DNA of 64,000 nucleotides, taken from NCBI GenBank assembly GCA_965230895.1, contig OZ246394.1, positions 185,316 to 249,315 of the forward strand, written 5' to 3'. Positions within the stretch are counted from its first letter, which is position 1. Each line of letters opens with the position of its first letter. This document shows positions 9,291 to 21,944 of the stretch, piece by piece. Origin of the DNA: an uncultured Gammaproteobacteria bacterium. GTDB lineage: Bacteria > Patescibacteriota > Microgenomatia > Levybacterales > UBA12049. Under the pieces are notes generated by a model. That model had not been told where the DNA came from and searched no databases. It worked only from the letters and a program-made list of their open reading frames with translations. The position numbers and the translations under genes were made by a program.

Positions 9291-10262
9291 TTAAGCTTGG
9301 GTTTGCTTGAAGTAATTTATGATTTTTTGGAGGCCTTCTTCCAATGGCACTTTAGGTTCCCAATCAAGTAATTGCTTTGCTTTGGAGATATCTGCTTTAC
9401 GTTTCAAAGGATCGTCCAAGGGTAATTCTTCACTTAGTTTTATCTCACTTGAAGATCCTGTCAGCCGCTTAATGATCTCAGCATATTCATATACTGTGTG
9501 TTCGCTAGCTGAACCGATATTTACTATTTCACCTTTTGTATTAGGATAAAACATCAATCGCATTAATCCTTCAACTGTATCATCGACATAACATAACGAG
9601 CGGGTTTGCTTGCCATCACCAAAAACAGTAATTGTTTCATTTGCCAAGGCTTGGTTGATGAAGTTCACGATCATTCGTTTGTCTGCTTCCTGCATATTTG
9701 GCCCATAGGTATTAAAGATTCTGATAATTCTTGTATCAACATCTTTGTCCCGTTCATAATATGCAGTGAGTGTTTCACCAAATCGTTTTGCTTCATCATA
9801 GACTGATCTCGGGCCTGTTGTAGAGACATTGCCGCGATATTCTTCTTTCTGTGGATGTTCCAGCGGGTCTCCATATATTTCTGAAGTTGACGCAAACAGG
9901 AATTTCGCTTTATGCTTTTCAGCAAGCTTAAGCATTTCATGTGTCCCCACAGTATTTACCATCATTGTTTCCATTGGAAGTGCATGGTAACTAATTGGGC
10001 TATGATGATTTGGAGATGCTGGAGATGCGAGGTGGAATATGGCGTCTATTTGTGTGATTCCATGATCGCTTTCTATAAAAGGTTGTGTAACGTCATGCTT
10101 AATAAAATGAAAGTTTGGATTAGCTTCAAGCGGGACGATATTTGACTCAGCGCTTGTCATCAAAGTATCGACACAATAAACAGTATTTCCCTCATCAAGT
10201 AATCTTTTACAAAGGTGCGATCCGATAAATCCAGCGCCACCTGTCACAAGTACATTTGCCAT
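9291..10262 (-). CDS. NAD-dependent epimerase/dehydratase (UDP-glucuronate decarboxylase UXS/ArnA-like)
   Basis: MANVLVTGGAGFIGSHL Rossmann motif and an SDR-extended pattern; start chosen at MANVL within ORF 9291..10280. Confidence 0.75.
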   Translation of the reverse strand: MANVLVTGGAGFIGSHLCKRLLDEGNTVYCVDTLMTSAESNIVPLEANPNFHFIKHDVTQPFIESDHGITQIDAIFHLASPASPNHHSPISYHALPMETMMVNTVGTHEMLKLAEKHKAKFLFASTSEIYGDPLEHPQKEEYRGNVSTTGPRSVYDEAKRFGETLTAYYERDKDVDTRIIRIFNTYGPNMQEADKRMIVNFINQALANETITVFGDGKQTRSLCYVDDTVEGLMRLMFYPNTKGEIVNIGSASEHTVYEYAEIIKRLTGSSSEIKLSEELPLDDPLKRKADISKAKQLLDWEPKVPLEEGLQKIINYFKQTQA

Positions 10263-10310
10263 AGAAGTATGGTAGCACATTTAGTTTGCTGCAACAATAT
10301 AAAGAGGAGT

Positions 10311-11201
10311 TTATGCTTCTGTTTGTTTTTCAGTAGCTGTAACGAGTGTATCCATAAGCATGGCAACATTTACGGGCCCTACTCCTTTGGGAGTTGGCGT
10401 ATAAAATGACGCAATATCCGCTATCTCCGCCTCAACATAATCTCCCTGAAGTTTCTTCTCTTCTGTTTGACTCATTCCTACACCAATTAATATAACGTCC
10501 CTTTTTAGCATAGCCGCTTTGAGTGCTCCTGGTTTCCCAACAGCAGATATTACAACATCAGCGTGCTTCAAAATCTCGTCTGGTGCAGTTGTTTTGCTAT
10601 CTATAATTTGAGGGTTCAGTTTTAGTTTGCGTAAATAGGTAATGATTGGTTTACCGCCTGTTGATCCTTTGCCTATTATGACGATGTTTTGTTCGGCAAG
10701 CCAGGTTATAAATTCTTTATCATGATTGTTGTTTCCTTTAGTTGGGGATTCTGAAACAGGTTCAGGATGATACTTTGCATATATATACTCGAGGATTTTC
10801 TCGACAGCCAAAGGAAGTGGTAGTGTATAGGGAGAATCTGGATGAAAACCATCAATATCCTTTTGTGGTTCAGTAAGGTGATCAAGCTTGTCTTCGTCAA
10901 TATGTTTTGGCAGTGGTCGTTGGATGAGAATTCCATGCACAAAGGGATCTGCATTTAACAAAGAAATTTTTTCTTCAAGCTCCTTTGAAGTCACATCCTC
11001 TCCAAAGCGCATCACTGTTACTTTCGCCCCTATTGCTTCCGCCTTTTTCTCTTTTTGCTTTATATATGCTGCAGAAGACGGATTGTTTCCAACGAAAATA
11101 ACCACGAGGTGCGGCATGATATTTCTTTTTTGTAATTCCCCTACTCTGTGCCGGAGGTCTTCAAAGATATGATCAACTATTTCTGTACTATCAATTTTCA
11201 T
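10311..11201 (-). CDS. folD: bifunctional methylenetetrahydrofolate dehydrogenase/cyclohydrolase
   Basis: FolD-like sequence (NPSSAAYIKQKEKKAEAIG... IGKGSTGGKPI...) with a ~45-aa insertion before the GKGS nucleotide-binding motif; start taken at MKIDSTEIV. Confidence 0.8.
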   Translation of the reverse strand: MKIDSTEIVDHIFEDLRHRVGELQKRNIMPHLVVIFVGNNPSSAAYIKQKEKKAEAIGAKVTVMRFGEDVTSKELEEKISLLNADPFVHGILIQRPLPKHIDEDKLDHLTEPQKDIDGFHPDSPYTLPLPLAVEKILEYIYAKYHPEPVSESPTKGNNNHDKEFITWLAEQNIVIIGKGSTGGKPIITYLRKLKLNPQIIDSKTTAPDEILKHADVVISAVGKPGALKAAMLKRDVILIGVGMSQTEEKKLQGDYVEAEIADIASFYTPTPKGVGPVNVAMLMDTLVTATEKQTEA

Positions 11202-11301
11202 AGCACTATTATACCTTATCTCTTGAGAAACTCTTACGTGCATTTCATCCGTTTATTAATGTAACTGCTTAGACTTTATAGAAGAAAGGAGGTGAAAAAT
11301 T

Positions 11302-12156
11302 ATGCAAGCAATAAAAACCGTAATTGGTCTCTTTACAGAAAATGAAAATGTAGAAGGAGCAATTAATGAACTGAAAGAGCGAGGCTATAATCCAAAGGAT
11401 ATCTCACTCATTATGAAAGACACTCGTGAAGCGCAGCAAATCCAAGAGAATACAGGCGCTACCATTGGTGAAGGTGCTGTAAATGGTGCTACAACTGGCG
11501 CTATCGTTGGTGGTGTCACCGGGTTGTTAGTCGGCATTGGTGCACTTGCACTTCCCGGAATTGGAGCGTTCTTAATCGGTGGACCTTTGGCAGCTTCATT
11601 GGGTCTGACAGGCGCTGCGGCATCGACTGCAACTGGTGCTATGACCGGAGCTATCGCGGGAGGACTCATCGGAGCACTCATGAGCTTGGGTCTTCCAAGA
11701 GATGAAGCAGAACACTACGAGAGTCGTATTCGCGAAGGAGCAATCCTTCTCGCTGTACCTGCATATGAAGGTCAGGAGAATGAAATATCAGATGCTATGA
11801 GAAAGTTCCAAGCTTCTGATATTAAGTCACTCAGTATTACTACAAGGACTACCATTGGTACTGATACAGGTGCATTGGATAATCGCACAGATGCTAATAC
11901 CTTTGGACAGAATCCGAGTAGTGCTTTTGGTGCTCATAATGATGCGCATCATCATGGTACAGGAGAATTAGCAAATCCTCTTGAGGTTCAACAATATCTG
12001 AAGCATGTGGACTATCCTGCAACAAAGGATGATCTTGTCCATGAAGCTGAAGAAGAAGGTGCTGATAGAAATATCATCCATACGTTGAAGGATCTGCCGA
12101 AAGAGCAATTTAACGATCCAACTGATGTCAATCAAGCGATCGGAGATATGAGGTAG
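11302..12156 (+). CDS. stress-response membrane protein (glycine-zipper region + DUF2795-like C-terminus)
   Basis: YflT/DUF1269-like N-terminus, a long G/A-rich glycine-zipper segment, and a C-terminal ...HVDYPATKDDLVHEAEEEGA... block. Confidence 0.4.
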   Translation: MQAIKTVIGLFTENENVEGAINELKERGYNPKDISLIMKDTREAQQIQENTGATIGEGAVNGATTGAIVGGVTGLLVGIGALALPGIGAFLIGGPLAASLGLTGAAASTATGAMTGAIAGGLIGALMSLGLPRDEAEHYESRIREGAILLAVPAYEGQENEISDAMRKFQASDIKSLSITTRTTIGTDTGALDNRTDANTFGQNPSSAFGAHNDAHHHGTGELANPLEVQQYLKHVDYPATKDDLVHEAEEEGADRNIIHTLKDLPKEQFNDPTDVNQAIGDMR

Positions 12157-12233
12157 ACATTAAAGGAAAAAAGAACAGAAAACTACAGGTAAGTTATACC
12201 AAATGTTATTTATCTGTTCTTTTTTTCTGGGAA

Positions 12234-12560
12234 CTACACAGTGGTTTTGCGGAAGAGTGACACTATAAGGCCGAGAATGATTGCCAAGACCAGAAGGCTT
12301 GGCAATCCAATCCCTGCGATACTGAGGATACCCAATACTGCTAAGATCCAGAGAATTAAAAGAACTCCGGAAATCTCTCTAAATGGACTTGGCAACAAAC
12401 TTATTGCTGTAGCAACAAGCGCCAGAATCAACAAATCGATGATACTAATAACTTGACCATTTATCACAAAAAGTGACATATCCGGTATATTGAGCCCTTC
12501 GATATTTATATATCCGAAGAACCATAGAATTGCCAATATTACTATTAATGCTGCAATCAT
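12234..12560 (-). CDS. small integral membrane protein
   Basis: 108 aa, almost entirely hydrophobic helices. Confidence 0.35.
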   Translation of the reverse strand: MIAALIVILAILWFFGYINIEGLNIPDMSLFVINGQVISIIDLLILALVATAISLLPSPFREISGVLLILWILAVLGILSIAGIGLPSLLVLAIILGLIVSLFRKTTV

Positions 12561-12696
12561 ATTCTTACTGAGAATTTTTACCCTTTCAATTCTCGTATAA
12601 ATAGATTATGGAACTCTACTGTAAATTGCATTTAAAGTTGAGGTAAGAAATGTGTAAATGATGAGATTGCTCGCCGTGGACTCCTCGTTATGACGT

Positions 12697-13329
12697 ATGT
12701 ATAATAATGATATGTTTCTGATTAAGAATTTTAATTATCTGCTCATCGCCGGTTTTGCCTTAGTTGTCGGTCTTCTTATTTTTTACTTTGTCTCCCCTTC
12801 TGCAAGTAAATATACTGTGAATTTAAGTTCACAGACAGTTATCAAACAAATGGAATCACTCAATCGTATTGAGACGGCGTCTTATACGATGGAAAAGATC
12901 ATTGATGTGCAAACTTCCGGTACTGCATTGCAACGATTTCTTTATGGTGACAGGATTCTTCTGATAGCACACGGGCAAGTAATTGCCGGGTTTAATTTGG
13001 CCAAGGTACAGGAAAATCAGATAAAGGTTGATGGGAAAAAATTACAGATGACTCTCCCTGCTCCAGAAATACTTGTAACAAAATTGGATAATGAGCAAAC
13101 GCAAGTATATGATCGTGACCAAGGGATTTTAACCAAAGGTGATCGCAATCTTGAATCTGAAGCACGAAATGAAGCGGAGAGAGTTATCCGTGATGCTGCG
13201 TGCAAAGGTGGAATCCTTGATGAAGCAGCAAAGAATGCAAAGACGCAAATGACCACACAATTTAAAGGTTTGGGATTTGAAGAAGTAAATATTGAGATTC
13301 CTAAAGGTACCTGTGGCTCAGAATCCTAA
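12697..13329 (+). CDS. membrane-anchored hypothetical protein (DUF4230-like)
   Basis: N-terminal TM helix followed by a ~180-aa soluble domain. Confidence 0.35.
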   Translation: MYNNDMFLIKNFNYLLIAGFALVVGLLIFYFVSPSASKYTVNLSSQTVIKQMESLNRIETASYTMEKIIDVQTSGTALQRFLYGDRILLIAHGQVIAGFNLAKVQENQIKVDGKKLQMTLPAPEILVTKLDNEQTQVYDRDQGILTKGDRNLESEARNEAERVIRDAACKGGILDEAAKNAKTQMTTQFKGLGFEEVNIEIPKGTCGSES

Positions 13330-13336
13330 GCGTTTT

Positions 13337-13359
13337 CTTGCCTGAGCACAGTCGAAGGC
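13337..13359. repeat. left arm of a 23-bp imperfect inverted repeat bracketing the GIY-YIG gene
   Basis: CTTGCCTGAGCACAGTCGAAGGC; the reverse complement of 13688..13710 is CTTGCCTGAGCGTAGTCGAAGGC (21/23 identical). Confidence 0.6.
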
Positions 13360-13370
13360 TCATTCATAAA

Positions 13371-13643
13371 TTACCAATCTTTTCCCCAAACTCCATTAAT
13401 AAGCTTTTCTTTTTTTTTTCTAGTCCACCCCTTTAATTGTTTCTCTCTTAAGCAAGCAGCTTCAAAATTATCAAATTCTTCTAAGTATGCTAACCGCTTT
13501 ACTCCGTGTTTAGCTGTAAATTTCCCTCCTAAACGGGACAGATGTTGTTTGTATCGAATCTCTGGATTCCAGGTTCGTCCTACATAATAGCTATTATCGA
13601 GACATTCAATAATGTAAACATACCAATGCCATTGATTCTTCAT
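13371..13643 (-). CDS. GIY-YIG nuclease-domain protein (stand-alone, 90 aa)
   Basis: WYVYIIEC...YYVGRT...R...HL motifs of the GIY-YIG/URI domain. Confidence 0.7.
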   Translation of the reverse strand: MKNQWHWYVYIIECLDNSYYVGRTWNPEIRYKQHLSRLGGKFTAKHGVKRLAYLEEFDNFEAACLREKQLKGWTRKKKEKLINGVWGKDW

Positions 13644-13687
13644 GGATATATTTATATTAGTGGATTATCTATGCAAAAGAAAACTTG

Positions 13688-13710
13688 GCCTTCGACTACG
13701 CTCAGGCAAG
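13688..13710. repeat. right arm of the inverted repeat bracketing the GIY-YIG gene
   Basis: GCCTTCGACTACGCTCAGGCAAG, complementary to 13337..13359. Confidence 0.6.
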
Positions 13711-13738
13711 AACTGTAAGATATCTTCAGTAGAGATTT

Positions 13739-16375
13739 CTAGGCTTTTGTTTGGACTGGGGCTGCTGTCTCTTCTGCTTGATCTTCAATGCATGTTGCAC
13801 TTGCAACACCATCTGAAGCATGTGAGAATCGCATCAATATAACACCTTGCGTGTCTCGAGAAAGCTTAGGAATCTGGTTGATTGGAAGCTTTACAATTTG
13901 TCCCTTCTTGGATGTGATGATAACTTCTTCACTCTTTGCAGGGATGACTTGTGCAACGACAACTGAACCAGTTCTATCAGTAACCTTTGCAACCTTCACA
14001 CCTTGGCCACCTCGACCTTGTTGTGGGAATTGTGCAACTGGAGTCTTCTTTCCAAGACCATTTTCCATGATAGCAAGAACATCTGGGTTGTCTCCTTTTG
14101 AAATGACATCCATGCCAATGACCTGATCTTTTGAATCAATCTTAATACCACGGACACCTGTTGTTGCTCGTCCAAGTGGGCGAACTGAATCCTCAGAAAA
14201 TTTAATTGATTTACCACCTCGAGTAATAATTAAAATGTCGCTCTTACCATCAGTAATGTTACTCCAAACCAGTTCATCACCAGTATCAAGTTTGATTGCG
14301 ATCATACCGTTTCGTCGGATATTTTCAAATTCTTTGATGTGTGTTTTCTTTACTGTACCGTTTCGTGTTGTTAAGAAGACGTATCCATCCTTTACAGCCT
14401 TGTTATGAACGATAAATGATTCAACCTTCTCCCCTGCTTCGATGTTTAACAGATTAACAATAGCTGTTCCTTTACTTGTTCGGGAACTCTCAGCGATTTC
14501 ATATGCTCGGAGTTGGTAGGCTTTCCCTTTGTTGGTGAAGAAGATGATATTGTCATGAGTTTGCGCTGATCGGATATGGAATATGCCATCTTCATCCTTC
14601 ACGTTCATACCGGTAATTCCTTTTCCGCCACGGTGTTGTGTGTGGAATGCATTCATTGATTGTCTCTTTATGTATCCTGTATTTGTTAGCGTGATGACAG
14701 TTGGTTCGTTTGGAATAAGATCTTCTTCTGAGAATTCTCCAACCTTACTCTTATACACCTGTGTTCTTCGAGGATCCGCATATTTCTCTCGGAGTTTCAA
14801 AAGTTCGTCTTTGATTACATTCAAGATTTTTTCGCCATGAGCCAAAAGATCTTCAAGATATGCGATAGTATCTTTCACCATCTTTAATTCATCTTCAATC
14901 TTTTGTCGTTCCAACGCAGCGAGTCTTCGAAGTTGCATATCAAGAATTGCAACTGATTGGATTTCACTCAAACTAAACTTACTCATCAAATTCTGTTTTG
15001 CTTCTTCCTGATCTTTAGAAGCCCGGATTGTTGCGATAACAGCGTCGATATGATCAACAGCAATCTTCAATCCTTCAAGGATATGAAGTCGTGCCTTTGC
15101 TTGCTTTAATTCAAATTCAGTTCTCTTTGTGATAACTATATATCGGTGCTTTAAGTATTCTTCGATGATGAGTTTCAAATTCAATGTCTGAGGCGTTCCA
15201 TCAACGAGCGCAACCATGTTGCATGGGAATGATGTTTGTAATGATGTTTGCTTGAAGAGATTATTCAAAACCTTCTTTGGAGTTGCATCTCTCTTTAACT
15301 CAACATAAATTCTGAGTCCTCGTCGATCTGATTCGTCTCGAAGATCTGAGATGCCATCAAGCTTTTTGTCTTTTGCGAGATCAGCAATCTTTGCGATCAA
15401 CATCGCTTTATTTACCTGATATGGAAGTTCTGTGATAGTGATTGCAGATTTACCATTTCCGATTTCTTCAATTTCTGCTTTACCTCGGATGATGATCTTT
15501 CCTCGACCGGTGACATACGCATTTCGGATTTCAGTAATATCATAAATTGATCCTGCTGTTGGGAAATCAGGGCCTTTCACATATTCAAGGAGTTCATCAA
15601 TTGTGACATCGCAGACAAGTTTTCCTTCCTGTGCAGGAGCTGTTGATGTTGCAACTTCTGTCTTTTCAGCAGCATTTGTGACAACTTCAGGAGATTCTCC
15701 TTGGTGTTCGAGTTCACGATTTGCAAGATCTTGTACTGCATTCTTTTCTACATTTTCAATTACGCCAGTTCGAGTCTTACCAATTGTATAGACAATGGCA
15801 TCGATGACTTCTCCGAGATTATGTGGCGGGATTTTGGTTGCCATACCAACAGCAATACCTTCTGCTCCCATAAGAAGAAGATTTGGAAGTTTTGCTGGAA
15901 GATACAATGGTTCTTGTTCTGAAGCGTCGAAGTTTGGTCCAAAGTCGACAGTTTCCTTCTCAATATCGGTCATAAGCTCTGCAGTAATTGCTTGCATACG
16001 AGCTTCGGTGTAACGCATGTGTGCTGGTGAATCACCATCAATTGAACCGAAATTACCTTGACCATCAACCAATGGATATCGCATGGAGAAATCTTGTGCC
16101 AAACGAACCAATGAATCATAAATTGGTGCGTCTCCATGAGGATGGTATTTACCCATAACTTCACCAACGATCTTTGCACTCTTTGTATATTTTGCTGAAT
16201 GGGTGAGATTCATGTCATGCATACCGTAGAGGATTCTTCGGTGTACTGGTTTCAAACCATCGCGGACGTCAGGAAGTGCACGTTGAACGATAACAGACAT
16301 CGCATAATTCAAATACGATTTCTTCATCTCTTCGGTGATGTTTGTTAATTGTAGTTTTCCAATGTTTACGCTCAT
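13739..16375 (-). CDS. gyrA: DNA gyrase subunit A
   Basis: N-terminus [28 protein letters not shown] and a C-terminal beta-pinwheel repeat region; contains a ~50-aa low-complexity insertion (…[30 protein letters not shown]…). Confidence 0.95.
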   Translation of the reverse strand: MSVNIGKLQLTNITEEMKKSYLNYAMSVIVQRALPDVRDGLKPVHRRILYGMHDMNLTHSAKYTKSAKIVGEVMGKYHPHGDAPIYDSLVRLAQDFSMRYPLVDGQGNFGSIDGDSPAHMRYTEARMQAITAELMTDIEKETVDFGPNFDASEQEPLYLPAKLPNLLLMGAEGIAVGMATKIPPHNLGEVIDAIVYTIGKTRTGVIENVEKNAVQDLANRELEHQGESPEVVTNAAEKTEVATSTAPAQEGKLVCDVTIDELLEYVKGPDFPTAGSIYDITEIRNAYVTGRGKIIIRGKAEIEEIGNGKSAITITELPYQVNKAMLIAKIADLAKDKKLDGISDLRDESDRRGLRIYVELKRDATPKKVLNNLFKQTSLQTSFPCNMVALVDGTPQTLNLKLIIEEYLKHRYIVITKRTEFELKQAKARLHILEGLKIAVDHIDAVIATIRASKDQEEAKQNLMSKFSLSEIQSVAILDMQLRRLAALERQKIEDELKMVKDTIAYLEDLLAHGEKILNVIKDELLKLREKYADPRRTQVYKSKVGEFSEEDLIPNEPTVITLTNTGYIKRQSMNAFHTQHRGGKGITGMNVKDEDGIFHIRSAQTHDNIIFFTNKGKAYQLRAYEIAESSRTSKGTAIVNLLNIEAGEKVESFIVHNKAVKDGYVFLTTRNGTVKKTHIKEFENIRRNGMIAIKLDTGDELVWSNITDGKSDILIITRGGKSIKFSEDSVRPLGRATTGVRGIKIDSKDQVIGMDVISKGDNPDVLAIMENGLGKKTPVAQFPQQGRGGQGVKVAKVTDRTGSVVVAQVIPAKSEEVIITSKKGQIVKLPINQIPKLSRDTQGVILMRFSHASDGVASATCIEDQAEETAAPVQTKA

Positions 16376-16444
16376 AAATTGTGTTTATCGGGATCCTAAA
16401 CTTGTGCTACCCGACTATAGAATGATATTTGCGTCATAAAATCT

Positions 16445-16981
16445 TTAGAAGCCTTCTTTGTTGAAGCGTTCGATGCATTCATTGATGATGCCTTTTGCTT
16501 CTTCAACGTCTCCCCAACCGAGAACTTTCGTTGTCCCTGGCTTTTTGAGATCTTTGTAATGTGCAAAGTGGAATTCAATCTTTTTCTTCCATCGTTCTCC
16601 GAGATCATCAAGTGTCTTGATCGCATCTCCGGAATTTCGATCATCTGCTGGAACACAAACAATCTTGTAATCCATTTCTCCATCATCTTCGAAGTTGAAA
16701 ATACCGATAACTTTGGATTTCACTAAAACGCCTGTTGGGATTGGTTCGTGAGCTACGAGAAGGACGTCTAATTCATCTCCGTCTTCGTCTTTGGTTGCTG
16801 GGATAAATCCGTAATTAACTGGTTTTGGGAAGATGTTTGGTTCTGCCCGGTCGAGCATAAATATGCCATGTTCTCGATCGTATTCGATCTTAAGTGAGGA
16901 TCCTTCTGAGATATCAACAATTGCGTTAACCCAACCTTCTTCTACATTTCCTGGTGTAAGTATTTTATTAAAATCTGGCAT
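16445..16981 (-). CDS. ppa: inorganic pyrophosphatase (family I)
   Basis: Start taken at MPDFNKIL inside ORF 16445..17119; DxDGDxLD-type PPase motifs (DEDGDELDVLL). Confidence 0.85.
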   Translation of the reverse strand: MPDFNKILTPGNVEEGWVNAIVDISEGSSLKIEYDREHGIFMLDRAEPNIFPKPVNYGFIPATKDEDGDELDVLLVAHEPIPTGVLVKSKVIGIFNFEDDGEMDYKIVCVPADDRNSGDAIKTLDDLGERWKKKIEFHFAHYKDLKKPGTTKVLGWGDVEEAKGIINECIERFNKEGF

Positions 16982-17006
16982 AGTTTTCTTATAAATTATT
17001 ATAACA

Positions 17007-19004
<1,998 letters not shown>

Positions 19005-19186
19005 TTAATCTATTATACATAACCAACGATAAATAGCAACTAGTTTAATTTTAAGAGACCATTCCTAGGTCATGAGAGCTTTATTGAGGTGCTTATTTAA
19101 AACATTTGATCAATTATTATGGCATTTTATTTTTAGACCCTTCTAAGGATTTTGCAAATCTGCGATATCAGTATATAATAGTGAGC

Positions 19187-19546
19187 ATGTATAAAGATCT
19201 TATCTTAAAAATATTGGAAGCAACTGACTATAAGGGCGATAAAAACGAATTCGTTGCTGACTTCATGAGGATTATCAGCTCACAAGCATTGGTGAGTCTG
19301 GTCAAAACACTTCCTGAAGAAAAGCAAGTAGAAGCAGATAAAAAGATTGCAGAAGCAGGAAGTCAAGAAAACTTTGCCAAAGCTGTCAGTGAGTATTTCT
19401 CCGATGAGCAAGTTGAAAAAGCTGTTGATGAAGCGTCGCAAGTTGCTATCTCCGAATGGCTTCGTTCAGTTGCCCCTACGCTTAATGATGAGCAGCGAGG
19501 AAAACTACTCGTTTTGTCAGAAGAGCTTCAGAAAATGATAAAATAA
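19187..19546 (+). CDS. hypothetical protein
   Basis: ORF 19106..19546; start chosen at MYKDL; no motif. Confidence 0.3.
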   Translation: MYKDLILKILEATDYKGDKNEFVADFMRIISSQALVSLVKTLPEEKQVEADKKIAEAGSQENFAKAVSEYFSDEQVEKAVDEASQVAISEWLRSVAPTLNDEQRGKLLVLSEELQKMIK

Positions 19547-19551
19547 TTCTA

Positions 19552-20283
19552 ATGAGTGAATTCGGTGAACAAGGTTTTCCGCAAAAAGAAGTCTCGAGAC
19601 AGATTGATCTTCAATCGACCACAGATATTGTCTCAAGCGCGGAATGGAATGCACTAAATCCAAATTTTCCATCAGAGAAAGCTTTATTACCTAGAGACCT
19701 ACAAACAGATCAAGTAACTGCGTTAATAGCTGCTGTTGCAGATGAAGATATCCTTTCTGCTACCTCTTGGGAACGGGCAAAAATTGCATTTGATGAAAAA
19801 GAAATTCCACATGTTGGTAAGCTTGAAAAGATTGGTGGCGGTGAAGGAAAAGTATGTTACGCACTTACTACATCTGATGGAAAAGAAATGGCAGTTCTCA
19901 TACGAGGTTATGCTGCATCACTTGGCTCGTTAGTTCCAGAGGATCCAAGAATGATCAAAATTAAAGAGACAACAGATGCAAGTATGTGGGAATATTCTGA
20001 TTTACGAACGTATGCATTGTTCCCCGCTACACAAACTTTAGCGGTTCAGTTACAGGAATTTGGAGGGAGGAATGTTACACAAGACTTAGGATATGCTTCC
20101 ACTCGGGGTGATGTAGATTATGCTAGAGGGAAAGCAAGAGCATATGTCGCTGCGAAAGGTTCACGATTTACTATGGATCAACAAGAACTATCTCATCCGA
20201 GACATGCGTTATTCAACCAAGGGGAAATAAGACCACCTGCAATTATAGATATTCCTGTTATAGAACGGAAGCTACATTCATAA
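19552..20283 (+). CDS. hypothetical protein
   Basis: 243-aa ORF, no motif recognised. Confidence 0.3.
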   Translation: MSEFGEQGFPQKEVSRQIDLQSTTDIVSSAEWNALNPNFPSEKALLPRDLQTDQVTALIAAVADEDILSATSWERAKIAFDEKEIPHVGKLEKIGGGEGKVCYALTTSDGKEMAVLIRGYAASLGSLVPEDPRMIKIKETTDASMWEYSDLRTYALFPATQTLAVQLQEFGGRNVTQDLGYASTRGDVDYARGKARAYVAAKGSRFTMDQQELSHPRHALFNQGEIRPPAIIDIPVIERKLHS

Positions 20284-20291
20284 ATAGTACT

Positions 20292-20984
20292 TTATCGTCC
20301 AGGTCTCCATCCTTGAGGTTCAGGTGGTAATTGTCGAATGCGTCTTGGTATCGGCCGAGCATCCACGAATTGTACTGAAGGATCTTGAACGACGCCTGCT
20401 TGAACTCCAAAAAGATATAATGCAACAGCTTTAGGACGTGAAACAGTCCCTATAGCATTATATATATGATTTACAGCTTTTTTTACATCTGCTACGGGCA
20501 TATCCACACGACCTGCAACAGCAGCATCAGAGCTTTCCTCTTTTGTAGTTCCTGCTGCTGATTCTCGAAGAATTGCAAGCTCACTTGCACTAAAACCTTT
20601 TAATAAAGAAAGATTAAAATCCGTGGGTGGGAACATAGATCTTTTTAATGCTCCATTTGTAATTGCTACGCCTACAGCTTGTGTAGCAGTTTCAACATTA
20701 TATTTCTCATAGACAGATTTCAAAGTGGGGTGATTATATATAGAAGTACCAGTTCTCCGCGCTACGTCCTTCATTTTGTGTCCCTGGGTTGTGTAATATA
20801 ATGTATGAAATTCTCTATCATCAAGATATGGGACTCTTTTTTGCATTTGTGCAGTCCTCTCTACTGTTTGGTCATGAAATAATTGATGAACTGTGGCGAG
20901 TGGTTGTTCAACCACAAACGTAAGCTCCTCCGAATTTCTCGTTGGTACAAGTGGTTTTCTTGGGTGCCATGCTTCAAGCGACAT
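20292..20984 (-). CDS. hypothetical protein with LuxR/sigma-r4-like C-terminal HTH
   Basis: ...FSASELAILRESAAG...VADVKKAVNHIYNAIG... pattern. The ORF is open to 21107; the shorter MSLEAWHP start is preferred to avoid a 77-nt overlap with the next gene. Confidence 0.3.
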   Translation of the reverse strand: MSLEAWHPRKPLVPTRNSEELTFVVEQPLATVHQLFHDQTVERTAQMQKRVPYLDDREFHTLYYTTQGHKMKDVARRTGTSIYNHPTLKSVYEKYNVETATQAVGVAITNGALKRSMFPPTDFNLSLLKGFSASELAILRESAAGTTKEESSDAAVAGRVDMPVADVKKAVNHIYNAIGTVSRPKAVALYLFGVQAGVVQDPSVQFVDARPIPRRIRQLPPEPQGWRPGR

Positions 20985-21030
20985 CTTATTATTATAGGTC
21001 TTTATGGACGAGAAGTCAATACTATGGGGT

Positions 21031-21327
21031 TTATTTTCTGCGTTTCTGTAGGTTCTCGTCACTCCAAGCCCACCATTTAAGAAGTTTTGGGTCGTGATGG
21101 TTTTCATTTACAAAATACACCATGCATCGGAATGTATAAAGCATGCACAGATCAGTTTTGTGGCCAACAAGTTTATTTAACTGATCATAAAGCTTTTCAG
21201 GAACTCTTCCTTTGAGATCTTTCGTCGACCGAAAACCCATTGCCCATAAATCTTCTGCAATGGATTTACCTACTCCAGGCATAGTTTGGAATTCTTTGAG
21301 GATTTCGGATTTACTAGACGGCTTCAT
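21031..21327 (-). CDS. helix-hairpin-helix protein (Cdd1 / pathogenicity-locus-like)
   Basis: LKEFQTMPGVGKSIAEDLWAMGF HhH motif. Confidence 0.45.
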   Translation of the reverse strand: MKPSSKSEILKEFQTMPGVGKSIAEDLWAMGFRSTKDLKGRVPEKLYDQLNKLVGHKTDLCMLYTFRCMVYFVNENHHDPKLLKWWAWSDENLQKRRK

Positions 21328-21925
21328 GTACTTCTCTTTTTAGTTCTTCGATGAATTGCCTCATAAATTCATGACGCGGTTTGCCGAGCTCTTTTGCTTT
21401 CTCTGTATAAAGCATGTCATACCATGAATACACCATGATGATCCCTTCATGCATGGTTTGAATATTAAAATAGTCTGCTGTCTCAGGAAAAATCTCATTA
21501 CCGAAGTAATCCGGTTTGGTTGGATGAGTCAAGTATGCGCGTTCTATACCAATTGCACCCATACCATCAAGTTTGTCTGCATCCTGCACAATATTATTAA
21601 GCTTTCCTGTTGTCGTCGGATCACTATGGACATAAATAGATTCGACAATTCTCGCTTTTGCCTCTTCGGATAAGTTAGGATAATCTTTTAAGAGCTCTTT
21701 CGCCATTGGTGCACCTGCATGCGCGTGAGTTTCTTCTCCAAGATCTTTGACAGTTCTTCCCAAATCATGCAGTAATCCGGCAACTTCAGCCTCATGAACA
21801 TCATATCCTTCGGCTTCCGCAATTTGTTTGGCAAGTTTACTTACTCGAAAAACATGTTTGTAGTCGTGGGCTGGGGCATAATATGCTTCAAAGAGTGGTT
21901 CAACTTTTTTGTAGAGTTCTTCCAT
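21314..21925 (-). CDS. HD-domain phosphohydrolase
   Basis: H...HD...D metal-binding pattern (HDYKHVFRV...LLHDLGR...DADKLD). Confidence 0.65.
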   Translation of the reverse strand: MEELYKKVEPLFEAYYAPAHDYKHVFRVSKLAKQIAEAEGYDVHEAEVAGLLHDLGRTVKDLGEETHAHAGAPMAKELLKDYPNLSEEAKARIVESIYVHSDPTTTGKLNNIVQDADKLDGMGAIGIERAYLTHPTKPDYFGNEIFPETADYFNIQTMHEGIIMVYSWYDMLYTEKAKELGKPRHEFMRQFIEELKREVHEAV

Positions 21926-21944
21926 AGAGGAATTTGATTATAGC

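Noticed and set aside
11385-11681. 98-aa minus-strand P/A-rich ORF
   Set aside because: Mirror-frame artefact of the G/A-rich glycine-zipper segment of the stress-protein gene.
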